Source: Balamuthia mandrillaris (Eukaryota). From it: a stretch of 64,000 nucleotides of DNA. A program made the translations under genes and the position numbers. Where the stretch lies: the NCBI GenBank assembly GCA_031835245.2, contig JAVKOQ020000115.1:1-64000 (forward strand). Direction: 5' to 3'. Below the pieces are notes generated by a model, which did no database searches, was not told where the DNA came from, and was given only the letters and a program-made list of their open reading frames with translations. How positions within the stretch are numbered: the stretch's first letter is position 1; each line of letters starts with the position of its first letter. Positions 43,557 to 56,460 of this stretch are shown here, piece after piece.

Positions 43557-44292
43557 TCAGTGAGCCACAACCACGCTGCACGGAGCGTGTTCCAAGCAGT
43601 GGCGAGACACACTTCCCACAAAGGCTCTGGATAGCGAGAGAGTGGTAGGCGTAAGGATCGTGATGTTCATGAAAGACAGTCAGGTTAAGGGCGAAGAAAC
43701 AAAGTAGAGAGGTATGAGAAAAGCAAAGGGATACCTTTCGAGCGTTGTTTTGCCTTTTTTTCCAAGAAAGAGAAAGTCAACGCCATGCTCTTTGGCCAAC
43801 GTGCATATCCTTTCTCTTGGATCTCCAGCCTCGACTATTACACTATATTGTAAGTTTCTCTTTGTACACTCTTCTTCATACTCTAGCATCATTTCTGTTG
43901 TTGATAGAACCCACGGAGAAGAAGTGGAGAGAGAGCGAGAAAGAGAGGATAGCTAGACGTGTGAATGTTCTGGAACAAATGGCGGTGGTGACGTGATGGA
44001 GAATAGGTACCTTTAGTTCCTTTGAGTATGTGATGGTTGGCCTTCTCCAATATCTGACTGTCAAAGTCGACCCGCAGCAGTGACAACACGCTGCTTGTGG
44101 AATACAGCTCTGCAATGCTCACCAGCAACACTTCATCTTCCTCTGGCTTCGCCTTATAACAAATCATTTGTCTCAACTATGCGTTCCATGGAGGAATGAA
44201 AAAAAAAAGAGCAATTTGCTTACCCATCTCAAACAAAGTGCGAGAGCCTTCTTTGCCTCTGTGGACAGATCCAGACACACCATGTACTTCAT
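43557..44292 (-). CDS. Universal stress protein (UspA family); multi-exon
   Basis: YMVCLDLS..AKKAL, GDPRERIC, FLFLGKKG, FVGSVSRHCLEHAPCSVVV. Confidence 0.9.
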
Positions 44293-44652
44293 CTTTCTTC
44301 TCTCTCTCTTCTCTCTCTCTCTCTTCTCTCTCTCTCGCTTCTCTCCCTCTTCTCTCTCTCTCTCTTCTCTCGCTTCTCCCTCTCCTCTCTCTCTCCTGCG
44401 AAAGTGCCACACTCGAGGGTTATGAAGTAATCTGTCGACAAAAAGGATCTGTCTTCAAAAAAGGGTTAACCTAATTTAAAATTATCGTCGACGCAATGGC
44501 TAACTGCCCGCAAGATGACGCACTATTCATAGAAGTAGGTTTTATGTTTTCTTAGTCTCAGTGGGAAAATACATAGACACACCTCAATACTTACGTCTAC
44601 CCTGCGGCGCTACAGGTACGGCCACCACGTTAGAAAATGCTCCATTATTGTA

Positions 44653-46794
44653 TTATTGCTCCACTTTGAGAAATGGCGTGGCAGCAAAGCGAATGCTGAT
44701 CTCGGGCTCCAGAAAAGCATTGCGCAACTGGGAGAAGAAAGCAGTCAGAAATGCGGCAGGCGCAGAGAAAGAGAATCAATGAAAGGGAAAGATAAAGAGA
44801 AAGGGAGCGACGAAACAGCAACAGAAACGACGACGAAAGGAAGGGTGTTAACCAGTTGGAAAGAGTTTCCTTTGTGCTTCAAACCGAAAGAAAGCGAAGA
44901 AAAGTCTTTAGGAACATAATTGCTTGATACACTGTGGTCTTTCTCCAACAATCTATCCAATCAGAAAAAGAAACTGAGTTGTTACATACAAACACCAGAG
45001 AGAGAGAGAGAGAGAGAGAGGAAGGTAGATAGCTAACCCCATGCTTTTTAAGGTTGCTGCAACGAGCTCCGAACAAAAGACTGAGGATAGGTCCTCCACT
45101 TTGTTGCGTTTATGAACACTTCCAATCTTGAAATAGCAACAAATGGTTTAAGAAAGCGATTAAGAAGGGTTGTAATATGAGCAAGGTTAACAGAGATAGC
45201 TTCTTTTGTTACCAGTTGACGCTTTGGGACTTTATAGCCACGAAATGCTATTTCTTCTATAAACTTTTCGAGCTCCGGATAGTCCTATACCATATTATGT
45301 AGTATGGATGTTAAGAGAGGAATGAATGAAAACATCAAAAATTAGGGAAACAATATGCACCGTTGAGTTGTCATCTGTAATGTCGGGCACCACCAACATA
45401 CGAACAGCCATTACAGGATCAACTCCATAGTACTCCATAGTATCTCGCAGCCACCTTTTTAAAGGCAACATGCGAAGAGAAACAAAGGGAAACAGAATAT
45501 GAATGGAGATTCCATAAGAAAATGTTGAATGAATTCAGGAACTTACAAACGGAACGGGAGCAACTGCACACCACCACCTTCTCGTTGATCCATTGTTTCC
45601 GTGTCGCTTTCAAAGAGATACACTTCATCTGAATGAAGAGAAAGAAAGAGAGAGAGAGAGAGAGAGAGAAGCGACCAGAAAGAAATGACAAGGAGAGAGA
45701 TAGGATCAGAAAAAGCTTGGCAAATGTTGCAAGACCGAACCATTTTGGATATCAGAAAGTCCGTAGGCCTCTGCTTTCGCAACATATTGTTCCACATTAT
45801 AAAGCTTCTTGATGTTATCTGACGGGTTACGTATCAATATAGCACAATGAGACTGCAGTAATGACGGTCAGTATTATTTCCGTCACACCAAGGGAGAGAA
45901 AAGAGAGCAGAGAGAGTAGAGAGAGCAGAGAAGAGAGTGAGTGAGAGAGCGAAAGAGAGTACCCAGTAGCTCATCGTGCTCACTTCAATAGCGCGGCTAA
46001 TGCTATATGCACGAATATAAAAAGACAAACTGGGTCAAATACTTCATAGAGAGGAAAAGAGAGCAAGAGAGCAAGGAGAAGTTCTGGCAAACTAGCAAAC
46101 GTACTATTCGGTGCCATGAAGCAAAACAATGTCTCCGGTTTTGCAGTTGGGAAGAACGTCCTCCAACAAGAAGTACTCCTTGAAAACGGGCACAAAGTTC
46201 TTCTTGAACAGTTCCGTTTTAACCTTGATCTTCTCCTTGTGCTGCTCCAAGCGTACTGTCCGCGCCTGCTTTTTCTTTGCCCGCTCTACCTGCTTGTGTT
46301 GTTGCCGGACTTGTCGCTGGGCTCTCCTTTCTCTCAGTTTCTCTTTGGCATCTGCCACGCGTTTGGCCAGAGGAGTTCTTGCGGTCTCTGCGCTTTCCCA
46401 GGTTATGCCCTCCACTGAGAGAGAGGAGAGAGAGAGATGGGAAAGAGAGAAAAGGAGAGAGAGAGAAGAGAGAGAGTTAAATGCAAGCATGAAGGGTTGG
46501 AAGGTGAAAAAGTGGCATACCAGCATCGATGTAAGTTGCGGCAAGCTCTTCTTCTTCGTTTTCAGTTGTGACTTGCACAACTTCCTCTTCCTTTGCCGCC
46601 ACCACCGACTGTATTGCCTGCATTGCGCTCCCTGTTTTCGCAACTACAAGGAAACAGAAAGAGAGGAAGAAACGCAGGAGAGAAAAGTTTTTCTAATGAA
46701 TTGCTTCATTAGTTGCTCATTCACAGATCCAGGCCTCTTCTTTTCAACCCATAAAAAACATAAAGGTGGTGGATTCCAGGCCATACCAGTCCAT
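44653..46794 (-). CDS. Permuted papain-like NlpC/P60 (YaeF/YiiX-like) protein; multi-exon
   Basis: CKTGDIVLLHG, ISRAIEVSTMSYW, YLFES, GVQL, catalytic Cys motif VFCSELVA, NYVPKDF; start and last exon tentative. Confidence 0.7.
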
Positions 46795-47212
46795 AGGGAC
46801 CACAAACCCGTATAACCGGTTTGCTGTTTGTTATATTATTGGGGTTGAAAGAACAAGGTTGTCCCTGCAGAGGACAAAGGGCGAATTTCCGGAGGTACGT
46901 AATCGAAATTTCGGAATTCAAATATTCCGAAATCTCACTCCGGATATATTCAAATTAAAACTACCAAAAACGGCCGAGCCGAAAAAATTACGAATTTCTG
47001 GAGCAAAATTTGACTTTTCCCCTCTTGTGTTGGGGGCGGTGAGCGGCGGGGAAACATTGCCAAAAAAAAAATTATCTTTGGAGAAACTCCAAAGCAGCAG
47101 CATAGGGGAACAATACTTGCGCCCAAGAAAAGCGGGGAAGGAAGGAAGAGCTGCAAAATAAGTAGTAGTAGAGGGGGTACTCTGCAGGTTTTTGAAAACA
47201 AAATTATTTAGC

Positions 47213-48205
47213 ATGAGCGCTGCCACCCAGGAGCTACGCCATAGGCAGAAGGAAGGGCTCATCGCCCCTTCTGAGCCTCTCCTTTCGGAGAAGAAGGCCG
47301 ACCAACCTCACGACAACAAGGAAGCTGCTGCGGAGGGCAAAAAGACCAGGAAGGGTCGTGCCCAACAACGCAGGAGCGCGCTGCAATTCAAAGCGCGCTA
47401 CTCCTACTTTGATACCTCCGCCACTGCCCTTTCCTCCATTCAAACATCCGAGTTTCGGGGCTTCTTTAATCTTGCCGTGGTGGTCGGCATCTTTTTCGTT
47501 TTGGGCTCCAACACAAGAAATATTATCTTGACAGGTTTGCCTGCTCTTTTTTTTTTCTTTTGGCCTCTCTCTTTAATATATCTGACTGAACAACGCGGTT
47601 CATGCATACGAAAACCAGGAACGCTGGTTGGTTTGGAGGCTTTGGCCCAGTTGATTCCGTTGTGGATGCTTCCCATCTGGTTGACGATGTTGACCTTTAA
47701 CTTTGGCATAGTCCTCATCTGCAAGCTTCGCCTTTACCTTAGCAGCCCCCTGGGCAACCTTCTCAGCTGGGTGCTTTACTCCCTCCACCAGAGCATCATG
47801 CTGGTGGGCAGCATCTACGTTCTCACAACGAGCTCCTTCCCGATGGTGCCCAGCGGAACCTTGACGTTGGAGATGGTTATCTTCATGATGAAGGCTCACT
47901 CTTATTTTGTCACTAACATAGAGTTTGAGAGTCTCCCCGATGAATGCGACGCAGACCCACAGGACTCGGACGAGGAAGACGACAGCAACGAGGTGGTTGA
48001 ACCCAACAACGGGATGCGGTTGAAGAGGGAGAAGCCCATCCGCTTCCCCGATAACGTTACTTTTAGCAATTATTTGATGTTCCTGTGCTTTCCTACTCTT
48101 GTCTACGAGCTGAACTATCCTCGTACCGCTAAGATACGTTGGGGTTACGTCTTAGAGAAATGCATCTCTGCCGTTGGCGTCTTTTCCATTTTGCATGTGC
48201 GTCTC

Positions 48206-48236
<31 letters not shown>

Positions 48237-48996
48237 TAGTCAATAACGAATTATATGTTATCACTAATAACAGATCATTACGACTCATTACATTACACCA
48301 ATGCTTGCGCAAGTTGGTGATCACTCCTTGTTGGAGGTTGTGTCAGCGTTGATTGTGCCTTTCATATTTGCCCAGATGTTGATCTTCTTCATCATGTTTG
48401 ACCTCATCACAAATGGGTTTGCGGAAATTACCCGCTTTGCCGATCGCTACTTCTACTACGATTGGTGGAATAGGTTTGCATCCGCTCTCTCTCTCTCTTT
48501 CTCTCTCCTCGCCCTCTAACCTATTTGGTCACAGCACAACTTTTGATGAGTATGCCCGTAAGTGGAACAGACCTGTTCACGAATGGCTCCTTCGCCACGT
48601 CTATTTGAAGAGTCTGGAGAGCTTCAAGACCAGTAAATTCTCCGCTTCCTTGCTCACTTTCTTCTTCTCTTCCGTAATCCACGAAATGATTTGCGCTGTT
48701 CTCCTTGGTAACACCTCTGCTAGTATCTTCGTCTTGTTCTTCTTATCGCATGTTATTAACGGTTTTATATAGGAAAAGTAAGGCCATGGTTGTTCTTTTT
48801 CCAAATGAGTCAAGTGCCGTTGATCTACATCGGCCGCTTTTTGAAGGGCACAAGGGCCGGCAACATGTTCTTCTGGTTCGGATTGGTGCTGGGTCCGCCT
48901 TTGATCACCATCCTCTACTGCCGAGAGTACGTGCTGGCGCTGAGCCCCGAGGAACTGCTCCAGTTTCAACAGCGGTTGAATCCTTCCGCCTTCTAA
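47213..48996 (+). CDS. MBOAT sterol O-acyltransferase (SOAT/ARE-like)
   Basis: FRGFFNL, MKAHSY, FPTLVYELNYPRT, FYYDWWN, WNRPVHEWL, catalytic SSVIHE, GNMFFW. Confidence 0.92.
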
Positions 48997-49169
48997 AGCG
49001 CTCCTTTTTGTTGTGAAAAAATTTTAACCTTATAAACGTTTACCTATTTATGACCAGTGCTGGTGACTCTCTCTGTCTCTTGTAGAGTTAAAAAAAAAAG
49101 GACAGGTACACAAGAGCAAAGGCTTTCGTGCGTGTGTATCAGGGATTTATTTACATCTTTCCTTGTTGG

Positions 49170-50189
49170 CTAACCGTTTTTGACTTGCAGCTCATTCATC
49201 ATTCGTGTGATGTCTGCACTGGTTCGGTCAACCCACTCTAAGGCTGCCAGGTTGTTGTTCAAAATCTCTTCAAACTCCAGGACGATGGGGTCCTTGGTCG
49301 TCACCAGCCGTTGCTGTGATAACTGATTTACTTGCTGGACTAATGCTTTGAGGTCGGTTGCTGTCTCTACCAGCCCAGAGTGCAAGTTTCGCGCCACTTC
49401 GTCGCTGTTACAACGGTAGTATTAAATTCAATACAAGAATGTTAGTGGGTTTCTAGAGAACAAAAGAACATAGTGTGCTAAGAAAGATGACATCTTTTTT
49501 CACCTATCATGCAATTGGATCTCATCAGAGTCCTGAAAGGTATCGGCCACATGGTCAGCGAGGTCATGCAGGAGTGTATCAAGCTGAGTCTGCTGGGATG
49601 ACACCAATTGTAGCTCTTTCAGTAATTCTGTTTGATATACATCCACCGCCAACGTTTGTTTCCTGAGGATATTCAGCTGATAATAAAGTGAACATACTTT
49701 AGTCAACAAATTTGAAAATTAGAAGAAGACTAAACCTTTTGTTCGTTTGTGAGCAGCTGCCCATCATATTTTGAAAGAAGCCTTGCAAAGCTACTGAAGT
49801 CATTGGCAGCATTTCGCAGTTGAGTTTCCCAATTTTGTGCAAAAGCAAGAGCGTTCTGACTTCGTGCTGCTTCTTGAAACCGAGCGCTTTGTAGAGAGGC
49901 TGATTTGGTTGACAAGGACGAGGGGAAAGGAGAAGAGGAAGACGAAGATGGTTGCGAAAGATTTATCGGTTGGTTCAAAGGAGATGAGGAAGCAGGACGG
50001 CCAGTAGAGGGAGCGTTTGAAGATGTGGAAGGCTTTGTGACTACAGAAGAGGAAGCAGAAGGTGGAGGAGGAGAAGTAGAGGTAGTAACAGAATGCATTT
50101 GTACTGCATCCTCTACTTCTTTAAGGTGTTGCCCGATGGTTTTGCGAAGAAGTCGTAGGTTTACTGTTTCATATGTGGTTGATTGTTCT

Positions 50190-50240
<51 letters not shown>

Positions 50241-52044
50241 TTACTTCACTGCGACCATAGAAGAGAACAAACATCCGTAGAAAAAGAAACACGTGCGCAC
50301 AGAAACACAAAAAAAAAAAGTACTTGAATCTCCTGAGGCATTCGTTTGTTTCCAATAAGCGCTGACGAGGCGAATCAACTTAATTAAAAAAGGAACAGGC
50401 CCTAAATGATTTTGTAAGTAGCTCAACAATTCGTTCAGCTTGTTCCACCATGTCTCATTCATGCTCCGTCTTGTCTCGGCCAACATTCGGTCCTAGTCAA
50501 ATTATATACTTTTGTTAGAAACGAGACAATAACATAGATATCACAAACCTGTTCAAGTTTATCAGCAGCATTTAGGTCGGTGGAGCGGAAGTTGTCTTCA
50601 GTTTGTTTGAGTTTTGCTTCCAAACTTTGGCCAAATTCGAGATGCATTTTCATCGGTTCAATGATGAGTCGCGCTGTTTCTCTTATCTGCTTCATCTTTT
50701 CAGCATCGATGGTGCCACCTCCTCCACTACCTGCTCCTCCACCTGCTGTCGTTGGTGTTGGATTAGAAGAGGCAGAAGAACTCTCGCCTCCTCTGTTTGT
50801 TTGTCCTTCATTGTTTTGAACACGAGTTCCAGCGGTTGCAGCTGGTGATGTCGACGATGACGACGCATTCCGTTTCCATGCTCTTTGTCGCAATCCCAAC
50901 AAGTACTTTTGTTTGAAAGGAAACGAAAAAGGAGCAAATGATTTGGTACCAAGAATTAGTCCAGAAAAGGGGAGGAATAAAGCACGATACGTACTTGAAA
51001 CAAAGTGCGTATCCGTTGGGAGGAGCCTGGCGTGTCGATGTAGGCTTGCAAGAAATGGAAGACGCTCTGGAAAAACTGGTAAGAAGTCGCTGCATTCGTG
51101 GCTCTACTAACATCGTTTTCTGTTGATGCTTCCGCTAGAATGTTGTTTTCGGTTTTGTAAGTTCTCGCTGGTAGACGAAAAGGCAAATACAGACAGACAC
51201 ATGACAAACCTAAGTCGCTTTCAAGGGCTTTGCCAGCGGTATCCAGTAAAACAAAGCACTGTTCCATGGCATGGTCATCTCCCGGTTCTCGCAGCGCATC
51301 CGACAACAACCGCAGTACCTCGTGAAAGGAGAGCAATTGATTGTTGTAGAGTTCTCCAATGAACCTAAATGTGGTCAAGTTGCGTTGCCTCATACGTTCG
51401 TCAAACTGAGGGGAGGAGTCTCCGCGAGGTGGACCTTCGTCTTTTCGTAAAGCTTCTATTTCTTCCAGCTCCTGCTGGCATCGTTCCCAGACCACGGATG
51501 CCAAGTCCTTTGATTTGTGGCAAAAAAGTCGGGTCGGTTACACACTCTTTTACGTAAGAAAGGAGTGAACAGAAAACAAACCCAGTCATCCACCGGGTCG
51601 AGGCATTGAGTAAGACAGGCACAAATATAAGCGTAGAGAGGGCTCATAGCAGGATCAGCCAGTGTGGTTTCAAAAAGGAGCAAGCCAAGGTCTTCCAACG
51701 CAAAGAAAGAGTTTAGTCCTTCGCAAGGCTCTCCGGTGGGAGGGTGGAAACACTTTTGATCTACGTGTAACAGTATCTCTCCGATCACACTCTCCAACGT
51801 TTGTGGAGTGAGCTTCGAAAGGGCACTGTTGATCAAGAAAAGGAGGTGAGTGGAAAGAAGAATAAACCAAAAGTGGCAGTGATGAGGACGCACGTTCGCA
51901 CCCCGACAAGGAAGAGTTCATGTTGCCCCTCTTCGTCTGTGCTACTGCTGTAAGAGCCACCACTGTCATAACCATCCACTGTTGGAGATGCAGGATCATA
52001 CTGGGATAACCGGTATGAACATTAGAAAAAAGATGCGTACGAGA

Positions 52045-52104
<60 letters not shown>

Positions 52105-52227
52105 AACTTGTTCAATATGAGAAGGGAGCGAAGTTGAAAGTGGAGTGTGAGGTGGGGTTTTTCCCGTTGGTAACCCTTGTTGTGCTCTAGCGAGGGGGTT
52201 AGACGAGCGATAAGCGCCACCCGACAT
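49170..52227 (-). CDS. MIF4G-domain protein with C-terminal Nup62/Nsp1-like coiled coil; multi-exon
   Basis: MIF4G: LSKLTPQT, LYAYIC, FIGELY, RIRTLF..LRQRAW; C-terminus WETQL..F..FA....YDGQLLTNEQK and DPIV....ILNNNLAALEWVD resemble Nsp1_C; exons join in frame. Confidence 0.65.
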
Positions 52228-52352
52228 GCTACAAGTTACGCCCTGTTCTTCCTTTTGCCAGCCCGAGCCAAATTTTACGCGTGTTTGCCCTTTCCGCTAC
52301 TTTAGCTCTATGAGAACAGCACCGCAAAACCGGAGAAACATATAGCAATAGA

Positions 52353-52425
52353 GGGGGTGTAGCTCAGATGGTAGAGCGCTCGCTTAGCATGCGAGAGGTA
52401 GCCGGATCGATGCCGGCCTCCTCCA
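52353..52425 (+). tRNA. tRNA-Ala (AGC)
   Basis: 73-nt cloverleaf GGGGGTGTAGCTCAGATGG...CTTAGCATG...GCCGGATCGATGCCGGC-CTCCTCCA, G3:U70 Ala determinant, T-run Pol III terminator immediately downstream. Confidence 0.97.
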
Positions 52426-52966
52426 ATTTTTTATTGCCTGATTTATATATGCAAATTTCCTTTTTTTTTTGTATTTTCAGGCCTTGTGTGGTTCACCAAA
52501 GGTAGCTTCTGTCATGAAGGACCCTTCTGTTGGCTTACCCGACTTGTTTATTGTTTGCTTGCGCTTGATAAGTGAGGGCTTTCCTCGGACAATGAACCGT
52601 ATGTGACGCTTCTGTTCAACTATTTGATTATTATTTATTTATTTTTTTTTTCATGTGCCACGATGGTGGGCGTCGTTCTCTCCCGAAACACGCACCAATG
52701 GATAAACCCTCATACTGTCGACAGCTTAGGCAGCCTCAACCTCAAATGCTTGAAAAGGCAAGCTTTTTGGCGTAGCTGATTGGTTACATTTATTTAACCT
52801 TTTTTTTGGTTAAAGCTAAACCTCAATTTGGCCAAGGACAACTTTTTTGCTGCAGGAATAAAAGGAGAGAAAGCGAGAGAGAGGAAAAAAAAGGAAGGAG
52901 AAGCGTCGGCTCTGCGGGGAGGATTAAAGAGAAAGAAACAACAAAGAAAGAAGACCAAAATTTTAA

Positions 52967-55720
52967 ATGGTTCGAGCGGTGCTCTTTCTTTTGCTCACGG
53001 CCAGCTTGCTCGCCGTGGGCCTCGCTCAGTATCAAAACCTCTACGATACGTTATGCCCGGACGGTCCTGACTCATTGCACCCAGCCTGCGACATCAGGAA
53101 CCGAAACATTCTCAACGGCTGCAATTTCGGTTATGGCTGCGACGGAACCGTAGACCGGGACCACGCAGGAGAGGCACTCGAGCACTTCCGTCTCTACTAT
53201 TTTCTTATGCAGTTCAAGGGTCTTAATATGAGGGAGTTCATAGATGGCTATGCCTCTTTCATTCCTCATCCTGACTTGAATGACTTGGCAACCACTCTTG
53301 CAGGTACTGTCGTCCTGGGCTTGGAACATCTGTTATTAATCTTCGCGAAACTGATGAAACTTACATTTGGTTTTTTACGCAGTAAGGAGTTACGAGCAGC
53401 AAGTGGATGAGTACTGTTTCCCGGAGGAATCTCAATCCTCTGACTGGGGCTTTGAAGGAATCGATACTGCTGGGCTTTGTGAAACCCGTGTTCCTCCTTT
53501 CCTTACCCGCCGTGAGCCCCGTGGCATGTATCGCCGTGATATTACCGAACTCGGTTCCACTGAGTTGATAGAGATTATGACACTGGCAAGCAGGTATCAT
53601 TTTCGTTCCTAGCTTTTTGTCCTTCGTTTAAGCAGATTCTTATCACCAACTTTCGGCTATGTACCAGGTTGTTTTTGGGCAACTTTACGACCAGGGAGAC
53701 GGGACAGAACCCTCAGAACAAGTACTTGGGAAATCCTCCCATCAGCATTGGCAGCGTCAACCTTTTGACCGGCTCCGGGGACAGTCTTCTTGGCGCTTGG
53801 AGAAATCTTTTGCGCCGCCATGAAATCCCTCTCCGCAACACGAGGCACAACTGGTTTGGTGTCGGCCTTGTTCGCTCTGCAGAGCCCGACCTTCCCGTGG
53901 AGGTGAAGCGCGTGCACATTGGTGTGGTTCTTGTCCATGCTTGTCACTCCGCAGACCCTAATTACGATGTCTCTGTGATCAAGTCCTGCCACGATATTAG
54001 CTTCGACGACCCTGGGTTGAGTCTCTGCGGCAACCACAAGACCCCTTTTGTTGGTCTTTCTGAGAATTCTATTGATGATAAGCTCTTCCCCTTCCCCGCT
54101 TTCCTCGGTACCGATAGCGGTGACGTGGACAACGTGCCTCTTATCTGTGGCACTATGAAGCTGGACCCTGTGAACCCTCTTCCCGCCCCCTTCCCCAACT
54201 TTCAGGGTTGTGGTTACGTGTCATTCGACCTCTCCACCGGCGAGTTTGATCTGCACGTAGAGCACGACATCCCCGAGTTCATCTGGTCAGAAGCCCCCAC
54301 TCACCAAGTTGATGTTGGAACAACTGGAGAGTATGAATTTGACGGTCTAGTTCACCTGCCTTTCGCTGTTCGTAACCGAGCTGTGGAAGTGATTGCTATG
54401 GGCTTGTTCAACAATAACGGTTCTAATTCGCTGGCCTCTGCTCAAGTGGGTATCTGGGACAGGAACTTCCCAAGAGAAAATCCTGACGTGCAGAACGCAA
54501 CCCTCTTTCAGTTTATTCCCTATTCCTTTGTTACGGGAGCTGACACACCGTCAGGCAATTATGACCAGTATGGCTCCAATTTCTACGAGCTGCCCAGCTC
54601 TTTCTTACTAGGTCCGGGGCGCTATCTTATCCAGAGCTCCATGCCCGATCCCGGAGACGCCATTGCCTACGCTACTGGCGCCTGTGTAAATGGCGGCGAT
54701 TGGGACGTCAGAAAGGAAACCCCCAACTACCTCCAATTCCCAGAGCGAGCCAAGGTGGAATGCTGCCAAGGCGCCATTGGAAGCTGCTCCTCCGCCTCCA
54801 GTTGTGGTGCAGCCTGCCTGGAAGATATCGGTCAAGCTTCTGACTCAGTGGTGGTTGGTGCCTACGTCTCCACCAACATTGCCAACAGGCCTGACCGATG
54901 GACTGCCGGTACCGCCTCCGTTCAAATCAGGGGTGCCCTAGGAGCGAAGCTCGTTGTCTTATCTAACGATGGAATCGAAACATCTGTCGAGACTGTGGCT
55001 ACTTTCCCTCAAGGATCCACCTATTCAACCACCATCAACGCTTCTTTCATTGTCTGTGACGACTCAGATCCAAGTTGTGAGTTCTCCTTTGTGGACTTTG
55101 TGAACCTCATGGCGGGCATCGCTGGCGGCGATGTACTCTGGTTGGCCGTTCCCTCTGGTGGTTATCCTGAGGCCGAGATTGCTGGCAGAATCGACTTTGG
55201 TGGCGGCTGCGGTCTCGACGCTTCCAACCTCACCGCAGTCTGTTGCCCCACCTACGACCAAGGAGGAGTGACCTACCCCCGGTCCTCCCTGGTGGGCTTC
55301 ATTCCTCCCGAGGACTGGACCGAGTACACCATTGAGCTTTCACTTGATGGCGGAGAGTTCTTCAGCGTTCAGATAATCCCCGATGGCCCAACACGGAGGA
55401 GCACTCGTGGCGGGGTTCTTCCTGATGGCCTAGGTTCTGGATCTGGATCTGATGATGAGGAGGAGGTTGTGGGTCCTTACGTCATAACCCCAACTACCCT
55501 TGAAGGAGGTTTCAACCAGTTTGTGGTACAAGTACCGCCTGGCCAAGCCATTGTGATAATCATCGAGGATCTGAGCGGCACTGGTTTCTCAGGCGGTGGC
55601 TTCCTCTCCATTCTTGATGAGGAAGGGGATGAGCTGGTCTTGTTAGATGGTGACGCATGGACCAATTTCCAACTGATCATCAACGCTGAGGGAGATATTG
55701 TTTCCGCTTCTTTCTCGTAA
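52967..55720 (+). CDS. Secreted multidomain protein (CAP-like N-region, interrupted CHRD-like domain); 3 exons
   Basis: Signal peptide MVRAVLFLLLTASLLAVGLA; AW..LLRRH..LRN....FGVG; GYVSFD..TGEF and LWLAVPSGGYPEAEIAGRI; long open third exon. Confidence 0.75.
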
Positions 55721-55858
55721 GACCAGGAGACGCTACCTTCTTCTTTCTTCCCACCCTTTCCTCCCTTTGTTTTCTTTTTTTAAATTCCGGTAAAATTGTT
55801 TAAACAAAAGATAAGAACACCCACATTAAACTTATGCATGCTTTGGTTTTGGTGAGCT

Positions 55859-56306
55859 TCATATCTTGTATTCGGTGTCGTAGATGCGAGACGGCTCTTT
55901 CCTGTGAGAAGTACAAACAATGACAGAGGATTAAGGGCTGTTCCCGCAGAAAAAAAGCAAATGAAAAAAAAAAAGATGAGAAAGATAAGAAAAAGAGGAC
56001 TAACCCCGGTTCAGACCGCCAACACTTCCACAATGTGATGGCGGCATCCTTGGCGTTTTCTGTGTCGTGGTATAGCGCCTGAAATACATCTTCGAAGTGG
56101 TCGTCGCAACGGTGTTTTGCTTTTGGGTAGTGTTTCTTTTCTATGCCCAGGTGGTGGAAAGGACTGGCTTCCTCCATATGCCGCTCGAGCAGTTCCTGTT
56201 ACGATGATGTTAGAAAGGCACGAATCCATCACTCCTGCAAACGCACCCTATCCGGAGAGATTGCTGGCTTATCTGAAAGCCCATCTTTGGACTTGGCGTC
56301 GTTCAT
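55859..56306 (-). CDS. Small (~97 aa) protein with degenerate twin-CX9C-like helix pair; 3 exons
   Basis: GT-AG splicing gives MNDAKSKD...SPDR|ELLERHMEEASP...RCDDHFEDVFQALYHDTENAKDAAITLWKCWRSEPG|KEPSRIYDTEYKI*. Confidence 0.6.
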
Positions 56307-56460
56307 CTTTCCGCTCACTCGCGACTGCCTTCTCTCTTCAAAGAGCACACGTCATCCAGGAACACACGTCAGCATTCCTGCCTTTTCCGCGATGGTGTTA
56401 CGTCAGCGAAGTCATTTTAGTACTTATTTACCCTCCCAAAAAAAAAAAAAAAAGGTTAAC

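Noticed and set aside
52353..52425. U6:U67 mismatch in the tRNA-Ala acceptor stem as a sign of tRNA editing
   Set aside because: Known amoebozoan 5' editing is mitochondrial and affects positions 1-3; a single internal mismatch is tolerated
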